DNA of 64,000 nucleotides from Felis catus (lineage: Eukaryota). Where the stretch lies: positions 74,586,001 through 74,650,000 of the forward strand of contig NC_058380.1 in assembly GCF_018350175.1 (NCBI RefSeq), given 5' to 3'. Shown here piece after piece: positions 11,972 through 23,599 of the stretch; the first letter of the stretch is position 1, and each line of letters begins with the position of its first letter. Both the position numbers and the translations under genes were made by a program. Below the pieces are notes generated by a model, which saw only the letters and a program-made list of their open reading frames with translations, ran no database searches and was not told the DNA's origin.

Positions 11972-13384
11972 TCCAGACCTTACATTTCAAGTCTAGTTAC
12001 TTTTCTGTGTCTTGCACTGACGGGGTGAAAAGTCCCTGCATGCCAGCTGGAGAGCTTTGTAGCTTAAGGTATGAGGGGAATTTTGCTTTCTTTTGGAGAA
12101 ACTCTCTTATCTCCCAAAAAAGGGAAGCTTGTTGGAGAGTCAGGCATTATAAGCACAGAATTATTGAGACCTGTTTGTAAACTGCTTATGGAAGGGATTT
12201 TAGCTCCCTGCGTCCACCTCTGCTCAGGATTCTCAGAGGAAGAAACTGAGATCCATGGCAATAAAGTGGTTCATTGGCCCAAGGCCTTGGAATTTGCCAG
12301 GTGGCAGACGTGGGCCTGGAACACAGGTCTGTTGACTCTGGATGCACTGTTTCCTACAATTCTACCCTTGGGCACTGTTTTTGTTATTATTATTATTGTT
12401 GTTGTTGTTATTGTAAGTATGTGGGGGTGAGTGTGAGCAGTGTAAACATGGATAGTAGTCACAATATGTAACAATCGGTTAGTTTTATCTTTTTGCTCCC
12501 AAGTTCCTAGAGATGGAGAGTCCTTTTGAGACCTGATTGAAAATGTTGTCTTTGGTAAGCTTAGATTAGATGACTTTTCTCATCTGGAGAACTGCCAGTA
12601 TGAATTTTGTAGCTATTTGGTTTTTAATAAGGTTAGGGCCAATAATTCATTTCTCTCTTTAAGTGTAAAAAATGTTTTGTCCTCCTCACTCCCAGGAGTG
12701 AGTGCCCACTGAATGTGAGAAGAGTGCAGAAGGGCACCCGTACAGCCACAGGGTTCCCCCTGGGAGGGAAATTTTGAGACTGAAGTTTTGGAGGAGAGCC
12801 TTATCCTCCCTCAATCCATGTCTGATTTTACAAGCAACTATTAGCGGGAAACAAGATATTTCTGTGTGACCATTTTTGACCCACAGAAAGGGCGATTTAA
12901 TATGGCCCCCGCCTGATATTGATGAGTCCAGCTAACGCTCTGGAAAATGGAGAGAGATGGCTGAGTTGAACCCTTTCAATTCTTGCCGATTTATATTTTT
13001 GTAAGAGGCAGTGGGGTACCGTGTCAGGGAGTCCTGGGTCCAAATTCTAGCTCTGTCAAGCACTAACACAGGTCTCTCTGGCTTCTCTTTCTCTTTCTCA
13101 GGATTGATGGGTATGCCACTAAACCACAGAGTCTTCTAAGAAGCTCAGTAGATCCCCTCCTTGTCTCCCTTCCCCTCATTTGGCCAGAGTGGCACATTTT
13201 GGGGACTTCACCGTTTTTGTAAGATTCATCATAACTTGCAAAAAATCAGTTGCCATTTTGCATTCAAGTACACAGAGCACTAGATGAATTTTAAAGATCT
13301 CAAGAGGTTATCCTTAGATCTTAATCTAGCAAGAGAATTAAACGAACAGGTTAACAAAAGGATTGATCTAATTGTTAAGATTCC

Positions 13385-16300
13385 GCAGCTTTCAATGCCA
13401 ATTTATTAAGTTACATCTATTAAATACATTAACACATACAACACATCATTCACAGTGATTAGAATTTGCACAGTAGTGCCCGGAGACACAAGATGCTTAC
13501 CAGTTAAGTACGTGTCCAACAACATACAATATGCACTTTACCTTGGGATTGTGACGTTTTAACATAAAACATAAAGTCAGTGAAAGTGCATGGGGTTTAT
13601 CAGTAAAACCACATAAATACCTACATCTGTTCAATCTGTATACCCCTGGAACAAAAGTGGGGGAAGTTACATGTTTCAATGACTTTGGGAATAAAGTCAT
13701 TTGATTAAGGTCAGGTGCTTTATTGGCCCCACATCGTGTTTCTCCTTCCTCCTGAAGGCTTGCGACAGGTGAGTGGGACTTGCCTGTCATGTTCTCTCTT
13801 GCCTTGCTCTCCAGTATTTAGATGAGTACTGTCAAGTGACGACTGCTCAAAACAAAACAAAGCAAAGCAAAACACAACACAACACAACTGATTCATGGAT
13901 GAAATGAAAAGGCTGTGGGCTGGGTGTCAGGAGCTATGACTTCTAGCTCAGCACTGCTACCAGTTACCGTCTGACATTGGGCCATTTATGTCACCTTCCT
14001 GAGCCTGGATTTCTTCATTACTAAAATGATGTAACTTGGAGTAGATAAACTGTGCAGATTCCCTTGGCTCTACAATGCCATGGCATTCTCTATTGGTCAA
14101 GATCAAACAGTCACTTGGTGTTGGGCACTCTCTGAACAAGTGGGAAATTGCAGCCAGTTGTAGGCTGGGAGCCGCTGAACTCTTGACATGGCTTGCCAGG
14201 TTCTTAAGGATCCAATAGAACACACAGAAGTCAGTTTAAAAATGGCCACGTTCAAAAAAAATACAAATGGCCACATAATCATAGATTCGGAAAAGACCTG
14301 AGACATCCTTTGGTTCCATCCTTCGGTTCCATCCTTCCTCCCACCTCAATGATGGAAAGGCTTCTACAAAACCTTTGAGATAAGCCCCTTGCTTGAATGT
14401 ATCCAGGGCCTGAGAAATCACTCTTTGGGGCCATTCTATTTTTATGGTAGAAAGTTTCTTTGGGTATCCAGCCAGAAATGATGACCCTGTAAACTGCAAC
14501 TTCTTAGCCCTAGCTCTTTCCTCTAAGGAGACATGGAAGAAGCCCCCCATCTCAACCATGGTTATTTGGTAACACTTCTCCCGTCTTCCAACAGTTTCTC
14601 TTCCAGTTATTAAAACACTATCTGCTAAGAGCAGAGGGTAACTGGATGAGCCCAGGATTATGATTCAGGAAGACAGTACCTAGCTCTAGATCTGCCATGA
14701 ACTCATTGTGTTACCCTGAACAAGTAACTTCTGTCTGGGCTGGTATGATATTTTCTTCTTAAAATGGGGCGATGGAAGGGGTGGGGGGCAAATTCATCTC
14801 AGAGCTTGGGTAGCTCTAAATATGGTTCTCAGCGTGGGGCACGACAGAGATGTGACTGCTCTGATCCACACTCTTTTTCACCATTAGAGCAAAAGGATTC
14901 AGGGGTTAACAGTCAGTCCACTGAATCCTCCCCAGGATCAGCTGCCAAAATGATGCAAAAGCTGTTAATATCCAGGATAGTGGCACACACTTAAAAAAAT
15001 AAATTCTGCTAAACATGGCAAAACAATTTCAGGACTCTAAGCCCTAGGAGAGCAAGGCATCTTGAGGCAAGAAACTACTGCATGTGTTTTGCAAGGTGCA
15101 GAGTATAACAAACAATCCTGTCCTGAAGAATTAATCCCCAGTGTCGCAATCATGGGAACATGATTGGGAAAGGACTGGGGAAAATACCCTGCAAGAGAAT
15201 ATTGGCAAAGGACACGCCTCGTGCACACTGAGCTAGTTAATCTTTTATAATCCAGAGGGGTTACTGACGAGCATGGAGGTGGAACTTCCTCTGGGGTTGA
15301 CGTAGCTTAAACTGAAATGGAGGCAAGGGCCCTGGTATGCCCTGTTATTGAACTGAACCAGACACTTTTCAGGATGTGAAAGTCCTACTGTACCTTAGTC
15401 AAAACACTTAGGAATTTTAGTAGCTTAAGCAATGCCGTTCTGCTAAATAGATCTAAACCATGCTAGGGTCAAAATGCTAGGGATCCCGTGCATTCTGAGC
15501 ATAGATCCTATATTTTCTGAAGCATACAGGGTTTTCAAAGCACCTCTGCCTCATCCATAAGTTCTAATATTTTCAAAGGTGTTGATGGCCAAACTCAAGC
15601 CTGGAAGATGATAACCTCTCTCCACTTGTGGCCTAAATGATGGATTCTAGCAGAGGAAATGGTATCTTCATTGTGTCCCCTTTTGTTAACAGAAAACTCT
15701 CTTTGAGAAGCTATTAAAAAACAAACACTTAGTGTAAACGCAAATCATTTTGTTAATGATCATCCTTCATCAGATGGCACCCATTTTCCTAATGAGAAAA
15801 TATCCACGTGCCTAAAGTTAGCTAATTAATTAGCTAATACTGCCAATATAAATGAAAGACAATGGAGGTGCTGAGCAGTTAGAATGAACACGTCTGGGAC
15901 TAAAATAATTTCTCTTTGTGTCCAGGGCGAGTAGGCACTCAGTAAATGTGGAATTGATTTGAATTCAGCCTTTTGAGACACATTGAACCAGCAAAGCATT
16001 TTCCTCCTAAATTAACTATTTTCTAAAGCACGTAAGCATGTTCCTTCTTCCCTTGCAAATCTCTGAATGCATCGCATTTACCCTTTTCAGGAGACCATCA
16101 CATGTTCTTATGCATTCTCTCGCCTCATTCTCATGCCTAGAAATGGTTGGCTGGGCCTTTCTGAATGGTACGAAATACAGGGATTTAACAAATTGAGCAG
16201 TGAAAACATCAGCATGGTACACGCTTCGACACACAAGCTTATGACAGGCGCAAAAATAGATACGTGGCAGGGATTTTGACCCAAAGTGGTCGAGTCTTTT

Positions 16301-18491
16301 TGAATAGTAGGAAACTTCTATTTCTTGGATGAACTTCCACATCCACCAGATCCCCTAAGGCACTGTGGGCAGGTCTGAAGAGCCTGGGTAACAAGGGTTC
16401 TTTTTAGTGAAGAAGAAGGTGAGCTGGCCATTCTGGCCTTTTCCATGCAAATCCTCTCCTGCACCCCACATTGCTTGGGCACTCATGCAAATGTAGACAG
16501 GGCATTTTATTTTCTCCATGGGGTACGAGTTCTGATCCTGGAGCCAGACTAGAGTTATTGATATCATTATCCCAATCTGCCAGCTAACGTTGTTCTAGGA
16601 GTAGGTTGAAGGAGCTTTGTCTTATCAAGCTGGTTTTGTAGTTACTGAGAAACCTTTCCTTTCTGCTTTAAGTAAAGGGTAATTCCTCCATCTGAGATGC
16701 CCTTTCCCTGAGGCCATCTGTTGTCCCCGCCCACTCTCTTTTAAGACTGGTTCAGGCTTCACTTCCTTTATGAAGTCTCTTTTGAATCAGGTGGAGATGA
16801 CCACACCCTTCCCTCTGCTGCCTTAGGTTCTGTGCTGGCAGTTGTGGGAAACTGAAGCCTTTAGAGCCTCAGTCTCCCAACTGAGAAACCAGAAATCAAT
16901 GTTTATTTAATTATAACTCGACCAATATTGATCAAGTACTGTTACACCAATCATCCTGCTTAGAAACCCCATCACACACCTTGGTGCCTCTGTAGTTTCC
17001 TGGCAACAAGGGTAAGAGTGATTTTGGTGCCAAGTTTGCTTTTATACCCATTCATGAGGTCTCTTACAATAGGCAGCATTTATTCCAGGAGCCAAGGTGC
17101 TGGATGTGGCTCCCCGTGTCATACTCAGACTTCACAGAATGATCGCGGTTCATGTGTTTCATCCCCACGAGCTCATCTGATCATGGGAGACAAACTGGTA
17201 GATGCCTGCTTAACAGACAAGTTGATTGAGACTAAGAGAGCAGAAAGGTCTCTCCTACTCTTGGCATATTAGTGCAGGGAAATCCTACAGATTTGAGGGT
17301 AGGAGCTCACTGTGGTGCAGGAGGGACTTTCTTAATGTCCACCCTCCTCCTCCAGCCTGGGCTGGGCTGATTAGCTAATCCCATATTTAAATCCCTTGAA
17401 TATTCAAAGAGAAAAACACCATATAACACTCCACCTATCAAATTGTGAATCAAACCTCAAAGCAGATCTAAGTGAACTTGTCTAGATTTGGTGATCGGGA
17501 TTTTGAGACCCAGAGAATAAGTCTACTGTCTCTTGGTGTCCATCACACTTGTTGCATAGTTGGTCTAGTTGGTGAGAAATCTGTCTTCAAGTTTCCCAAG
17601 TGACCTAATCAGCTGGATATCTTACATAGTCAGGAGAGCTCCAGAAACTTTATGTACCAGTGTCAGGCCTTGGAATTACTCCTTGGAGTACGTTGAGTGG
17701 TATTTGACCAAGAGCTGTGTACTGGTATCATTCAAGTTTTGAGTAGAGTCTGTCTTGTTCTTCGTAGTATCTTCTGGGTCAAGGGAGTGCCCAGAACATG
17801 AAAGGTGCTCAAGAAAACTGTGCTAAATAAATGCTATTGTTGTGTATTTGATATGCATATGGAACTCATATTTGCTTGTTTGATGCCCATGTACATAATA
17901 AAAGGAGAGGTTGCTTTTCTCATTTGCCATAGATGGCACGAAAACAGTTGTGTGGGTTTTTTTTGTTTTTTTTGAGAACGTTCATGAGAAATACCAACTT
18001 TTTTCATTTTTTTTTAAGATAAGGCATTAAAGTATATATTTGGGGAAACCGTTGAAGGATTTTGCTTCTAGGATTTACGTTTTCTAGAGCTTTGGATTTT
18101 GTTCACGGTTCCTGAACTGAATTGAAGCAAATATTTCATAATCATATTGCACAATCATCGGACCCACTGGGGACAAATGTGTATGTAGTATGAAGGAGTG
18201 GAAATGTTCTGAGTAGATCTCCATTCATTTGGTGATTGGTGTTCCAATGTTTAGAAACTCACCACTTTTCCAAGCAACCAAGATCACATGTCTGTTCTAT
18301 TCTGCCTTTTTCTGGTTAAGATTTTCATCAGTTAGGCATATAAAGTATGAAATTTCGGGCTTCAGATTTCATAGCTAAACCACTGTTTCTGTGGAATGCT
18401 CCAAAAAACCCCTTGTTATAATTACATATAAGGGAGGAAAATTAGGAACTAGGAGGCAGAGGACCTTCACCCAAGGATGTCCACCTTGCCC
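13385..18491 (-). other. TNFSF15: Probable long TNFSF15 3'UTR (~5.1 kb)
   Basis: Runs from the stop codon to a strong poly(A) signal at 13407-13402; human TNFSF15 is known to have a multi-kb 3'UTR. The end point is inferred, not transcript-supported. Confidence 0.55.
13402..13440 (-). terminator. Poly(A) signal AATAAA with three upstream UGUA motifs
   Basis: Minus strand ...TGTATGTGTTAATGTATTTAATAGATGTAACTTAATAAATTGGC; TGTA at 13440-37, 13428-25 and 13415-12; U/GU-rich sequence (CCTTTTGTT, TGTTCGTTT) further downstream. Confidence 0.65.
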
Positions 18492-18946
18492 CTATAGTAA
18501 GAAGGCTCCAAAGAAAGTTTTATCTTCTTTTGTGTAATCCACCAAAGAGATGTCACTGACGTTCACCATCAGCTTGTCCCCTTCCTGTAGGGAGAACATG
18601 GCCCCTAGGTAGATGGGCTGGAACCAGTTGCTGCCTACTTCACACACTGACTTGGTCCCCATTAGGAGCTGGGTCGGCTCTGGGTAGCTGTCTGTTACCT
18701 TGGTGATTACTACGATGATGGAGTCTGGCTTGTTCAGTCGGCTCCCTTGACGGATTTCACCACACTCAGATGTGGTCCCTCGGAATGTGACCTGGGAGTA
18801 AACAAAGTAGTCTCCAGACTCTGGGATCACCAGGAATTTATTTGTATAGTTCATCCGGTTCTTGATGAAGGCCAAGCCAAGTTCATGTTCCCAATGCAGA
18901 GCCGGGAACTGATTTTTCAAGGGCTGTGTGGGAGTTTGTCTCACAA
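18492..18946 (-). CDS. TNFSF15: TNFSF15 exon 4 coding part: TNF homology domain to TAG stop
   Basis: Acceptor TTTTGTCTCTGCAG|TTGTG; [30 protein letters not shown]...[39 protein letters not shown]. Both Cys (TTSEC, SVCE) and the NYT and NVS sequons are present. Total CDS 222+43+48+455=768 nt. Confidence 0.98.
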
Positions 18947-19175
18947 CTGCAGAGACAAAAGAGGTTTAATTTGCTTGTGTCAGAACTTGTGGACTTTGCC
19001 AAAAAGAGCCTCCTATTATTTACAGAGTGTAGTGATTGAATAAAACCAATGACTAACAAGCTCCTTGAGGAGGAACGAGTGGTGGAGATGTAAGTGGACA
19101 TACTTTTGTTCAGAGAGGAGCATCTTAGGGACACATTACTTTGCCTCTCTGCACCCAAATTTTCTTTCCTGATAA

Positions 19176-19772
19176 TGTAGAACTTTACCTGAGCCCTGCG
19201 ATCCTGGAAAACAGTGAAGGTTAAGAAATCTCACTCTTTTGTGTTTTGGAAAACAGCCTCCTTGCAAAGAACCACTTCTCCAAATGGCTTAGATAAAACT
19301 GGTGGGTTGTCCCCTTTACGTATCTCTGATAAGACCAGACTCCAGATCCTCCAAATCCTCACTCTGCCTCACAAATGATTAGCTGAACTGGTTTGTCCCC
19401 ACTGATCCATTGGAATATACTGCTTGTTAACCAAACTTTGGTTAAGCTTCTCTCCTTCCTCCAGGCCCCTGAGCTTTGGCCCTGCACTCAGCCTGGGCCA
19501 GCATACAGTCTCTCCTGAGAATAGGCTGCCCTCGGGGTAAAACATGACACATGCCAACCTTCATCCCACTTCCTTACACCTGGTTGGTTCCACCTTTACT
19601 CCTTTCTGTAAAAGAAAACCCCTTTTAGCTTAACCCCTGAGACACTTGTAGGCCTTATGGGCAGAGCATTCTCCCTATTGCAACTGATTTTCCTTCTCCC
19701 TTCTCCCATCCTGCAATATCTTTTGGCACAAACTCTCTCCTTACTAACTAAGGATTGGTTTTTCAGTTGACA
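19176..19772 (+). mobile_element. ERV1-class (MER4-group-like) solo LTR in TNFSF15 intron 3
   Basis: TGTAG...TTGACA termini; degenerate TATA TGTAAAAGAAAA near 19606; CTCCCTATTGCAA and TCTCTCCTTACTAA 3' motifs typical of this LTR group; no clean TSD seen. Confidence 0.7.
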
Positions 19773-21084
19773 TCTCTTTCCTTAAAAAGAAAAAGAAAAA
19801 GAAAAAAAAAGGACAAAAAACACCCATGGAAAGGATAAAAAAGAACAGTGTGTATAAAATACCTAGCTTTTAACAATATGCTCTAAACTGCTTTCGCATT
19901 GATAAGCCTTTTGTTTCAGACATACTGTCCGACGGAGAGGGTATTTCAGAGAGTCAGATGTTCCGTATAGCTCCCCTGCAATGACGTGGTCCAAGGTTAC
20001 ATGAAACACAGGCAGTGTTTAGTAAAAAATCAACATGCAGGGCACATATTGGAAGGAGAGATCCAGAACATTTGGAAATGCTTCTCTGACACCAACAAGG
20101 CCAAAATATAAGCCGGCATAATCGACTGGTAGAGTGGAAGGGGCTGGGATTTTGGGCCACGGAGGTCAGTTCCAGTTCTGGCTCTATGGCATGTGAAGTT
20201 ATTCATCAGTGATGTAGGTCCCTTCTCTCTGAGTCTTGACTTCCTGTCTGTGAACTGGAGATAAAGCCCCTTCATTGCCATGTTTGGAAGATCAAGTGAA
20301 CAAAAGAGGCATGGATGTTTTTCTCCTGATGGCTGGATATGGCAAGTACTCAACAGTTACTTATTTTCTTTCCTCAAATAAATTAGTATCTTCCATTTTG
20401 GCAGATTAAAAAATAAGTTTATTCCATCTTATATATTTTTGCATGGTCTTATGTTTGCATTATTTACAAGTATACATGATATACTTGGACATATAAATGA
20501 AAGCTTTTATGAAGTATGGGTAGAGCAGAAAAAAAATGAGTTAGGACAAAGTCATTGATTTCAAATAAAAATAATCTGCAGTAAAATGAATACTTTTTAG
20601 GAAAATAAAGACAGAGTTTAATTTCTTATGACTTCTTTGGAAGTCCTTGGCAATCACCAGTATGTGCTATCTGCCACAGCTTAGGGATAGGTTACGATTA
20701 AGGAAATAATTAGCAACCTTCACACCTGGTGGCTGACTAGAAACTTGGTTCCTGGATGTTTCTAAATCCCCTTTTCTGATGCTGACTGGCCTATGGTTTA
20801 TTTTGCACAGTGACACATGTTCAGGACACATGTGATCTCTCTGGCCCCTGCACTAAATGGCCCCTGGAGAGCTCTGTTACTTCTGTGCAAACTCTGTGAA
20901 AGGCATTTTTATTACTTGCTCCTGATCATCTCCATTCCCAATGTGGATGATGCAACAGATTAAAAAAATCCTCTCAGGCGATGCAGAGACAAAAATCGTT
21001 TAGTCTGTAGACAAAGCAAGTTTTGTTAAAGTGGTATGCAATTAGCTATGTCAACTTTGCAGCAAGTGGGAGTTAGGGGAGGAA

Positions 21085-21290
21085 GTATGTTGTGATGGAG
21101 ACAGTGCAGGTCTGAGAGTCAAACTCGAATCTCAGCTGTTCCTAGTCATGCATGTGACTTGGGACAAGTGACTTTACTTGTCAGAGCCTCAGTGTCCCCC
21201 CTCATTGGGCTGAAATGAAGATTAAATGAGATCATGGATGTAAAATGCCTACCACGGTGCCTGGTACACATTAGGAGCTCAGTAGAACCT
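21085..21290 (+). mobile_element. MIR in intron 3
   Basis: GTGACTTGGGACAAGTGACTTTACTTGTCAGAGCCTCAGTGTCC...GATTAAATGAGATCATGGATGTAAAATGCCT core. Confidence 0.7.
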
Positions 21291-22187
21291 AGTTACCTCT
21301 CCCCCCGCCCCCAACCCCAGGTCCCCCATTCAGTAGGAAGAGGGGTGATATGTCCACACTCTGCTCTTAGGAAAATCTTGCTCAGTTTGTTCAATCTGTC
21401 CCATTCTTAAAGGCAAGTGGTAAGTAATTGGTGACTTGGGTATTTCTCTGGTCCTACCCCTCACTCAGAACACACCACAAACACTTTCCTCTTGGTCAAA
21501 CAGTAAGATACATGTCTTGGGCCACAGGGATATCCCCCTGTGGGTTGCAAATTTTCTTATAGGTCAGGAGAGTACGTTTGCTTTTAACTCTCTAATTTTT
21601 CAATGGGGTTTTAACATATATTTGTGCATGGTCTTGCTCTTTTCTCTGGAGTCTTGGAGGTATACGCAACGGCAGGCATCAGATGCCAGCAATTTCGACA
21701 CTAGGCTTGGGAAACTGATATTGGCGATATCATGAGGATGCTCTTAATCTCTTCACATCAACAAAAATTCTTTGGAAATATCTACCTTGAATGTAAATGT
21801 CCAATCACTTCATCCTGAATAGGGTACAGATGGACTTGATAAGCTGAACCACTCAGGGGATCTTTCATCTTCGACCAGATTCAAAATTAGGTGAATCTCT
21901 GAGGGAAGCCATTTCTGAATGACTGAGGATGTGAATGAAAGAGAGAGACAGAACAGAAGGGAAGAGGGCTGATAGAATCTGGAAGAAAATGCCCAAGGGT
22001 CATGGGCCTTTGGACCTCTTAAGGGAGGAAGACATCTGAAACCCCTCAACTGAGAGAGGTCTGTTACCAAGGTGTGTGGTTTTGGGTTTGAAGCTCCTAG
22101 AATGACTTTTGTCAAATTCTCTGAAAGAAATCTTGGGCCCATGTTCCATGCATGGTCTCCTGGAAAACACACCAGGGAGAAAAATAC

Positions 22188-22235
22188 CTGTCAGGTGTGC
22201 CCTTGGCTTATCCCCACCAGCTCCGGGAGATGTAT
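22188..22235 (-). CDS. TNFSF15: TNFSF15 exon 3 (48 nt, (Y)TSPGAGGDKPRAHLT+)
   Basis: Acceptor TTTCTCCTTTCCTTACAG| and donor CAG|GTATTT; encodes the DKPRAHLT motif at the start of the TNF homology domain; frame joins exons 2 and 4. Confidence 0.95.
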
Positions 22236-22958
22236 CTGTAAGGAAAGGAGAAAGATGCTTTGTCAGAGGGTGGCTGGAGGGAAGACGGTATTTTGGAGTT
22301 GCATGGTGCCTGCCACCAGAGAGAAAAATTCCTCTCCCTCAGCTTGGCCCACTGTAGATTGTTTTTGTTTCTCCAGGCACAGAGAGGCCTCGGGACAAAG
22401 AGTCTCGAACACAAATGAAGCTTGGCTCATAACTTTGGGCAATTTTCTAACCTGTCCAACACTCTGTTTCTCTCACTTCTAAGATGGGCTCATCAATTCC
22501 TATCACAAATGAAGAGTGCTCAGCATGATTCCTGACACATGGTCTATGTTCAGTAAACTCACATTGCCCTTCCCTCCCTGCTACTGCTTTAGGGGGAGCA
22601 AGCTGACCTTATGCAAGGTCCCTTTAACTATATCCATTGATCGATGGCCTAACAAATGGGATAGGGAGCAGGTGGGACATTGTTCTAATGCTTTTATAGG
22701 AATTTACTGATTTAATCCACACTAACCCAACAAGGTAGCTACCATTTTAACCATTCTTACAGATGAGTAAACTGAGGCAGAGGCCATCAACTCCAAAGGC
22801 CATGGACTTGGCCCCAGCACCATTTTGTCTTTTTAATGACCGGGGAGGAACCTCACTTCTCCTCTAGGTTTGCATCCCTCTGAACCTCCTACATACCAAA
22901 ACTACTAGATAATGCCCCATTCCCCACAAGAAAAGGCGTCAGATATGAACACACTTAC

Positions 22959-23001
22959 AAGCTCGCTGATGTGAAGGTCCAAACTCTCGCCCTTTTGGAG
23001 T
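22959..23001 (-). CDS. TNFSF15: TNFSF15 exon 2 (43 nt, stalk: TPKGREFGPSHQRA+)
   Basis: Acceptor TCTTTCTTTCCCAATAG| and donor |GTAAGT; 43 nt; homologous to human ALKGQEFAPSHQQV; too short for the ORF track. Confidence 0.95.
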
Positions 23002-23374
23002 CTATTGGGAAAGAAAGATATGATTCAGACCACCTGTAATCCTTTTGTCTCCCAACCCCACAGCTGCCCATAGCAAGGGCATGGTTGAGATGCTGCTGCC
23101 ACCTAGCTTGGGCACTCTGGAATAAGGGATGCAGCAACGAGAATACTTGATTGAGGGGAATCTTGTGCCCAACACCCCCCTTTCCTCCTCTAGCAGTCTG
23201 AGGACCTTCTTTCTCCTACGCTTGTGTTGGAAGCTCAACTTTGAAGTTATGTCCTGAGAGCTTTCCCTGTTCTATTCTAGGACACTGTGACATCTGTCTT
23301 GGCTTATATCATTTGAACAAATGGTGGCACTTGTTTTGTTTTCTTTTTCCACCACGATTTAAAAACTAGACCTA

Positions 23375-23599
23375 TTTTTAAAATTTTTAAAGCTTATTTT
23401 TTTTATTTTGAGAGAGAGAGAGAAAGAGAGAGAATGAGTGGGCTAAAGGTAGAGAGAGAGGGAGAGAAGGAGAATCCCAAGCAGGCTCCTGACTGTCAAG
23501 CAAGGCCGATATGGGGCTTGAAATCATGAACTGTGAGATCATGACCTGAGCTGAAATCAAGCATTGGACGCTTAACCAACTGAACCACACAGGCGCCCC
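23375..23599 (-). mobile_element. CAN-SINE in intron 1
   Basis: (GA)n tract, GAATCCCAAGCAGGCTCC, ends CACACAGGCGCCCC. Confidence 0.92.

Noticed and set aside
11778-11990. Recurrent ORFs of the type AWVAQSVK...AQVMIS...SVLTAQS (also at 419, 1106, 2988, 3606, 10008, 27449, 27687, 46674, 59747 and 59965)
   Set aside because: Translations of CAN-SINE copies, not a gene family.
14312-14337. Short perfect tandem duplications (13-mer x2 here; 11-mer x2 at 1002-1023; 17-mer x2 at 40314-40347)
   Set aside because: Two-copy slippage duplications are common in mammalian DNA; no spacers or array structure, so not CRISPR-like.
15764-15781. CTCF-like TCATCAGATGGCAC
   Set aside because: Two mismatches in the core; insufficient without ChIP data.
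16016-16342. 108-aa sense ORF within the 3'UTR, locally richer in CpG
   Set aside because: No motif or family match; cannot be told apart from chance without Ribo-seq or conservation data.
17955-18016. Sense-strand A-rich tracts that might mark a transcript end
   Set aside because: Genomic A-runs without a nearby upstream AATAAA; more likely oligo-dT internal-priming sites.
18492-18944. Stand-alone 150-aa TNF-like gene starting MRQTPT
   Set aside because: The apparent Met is a GTG (Val) codon two bases inside exon 4 of the spliced gene.
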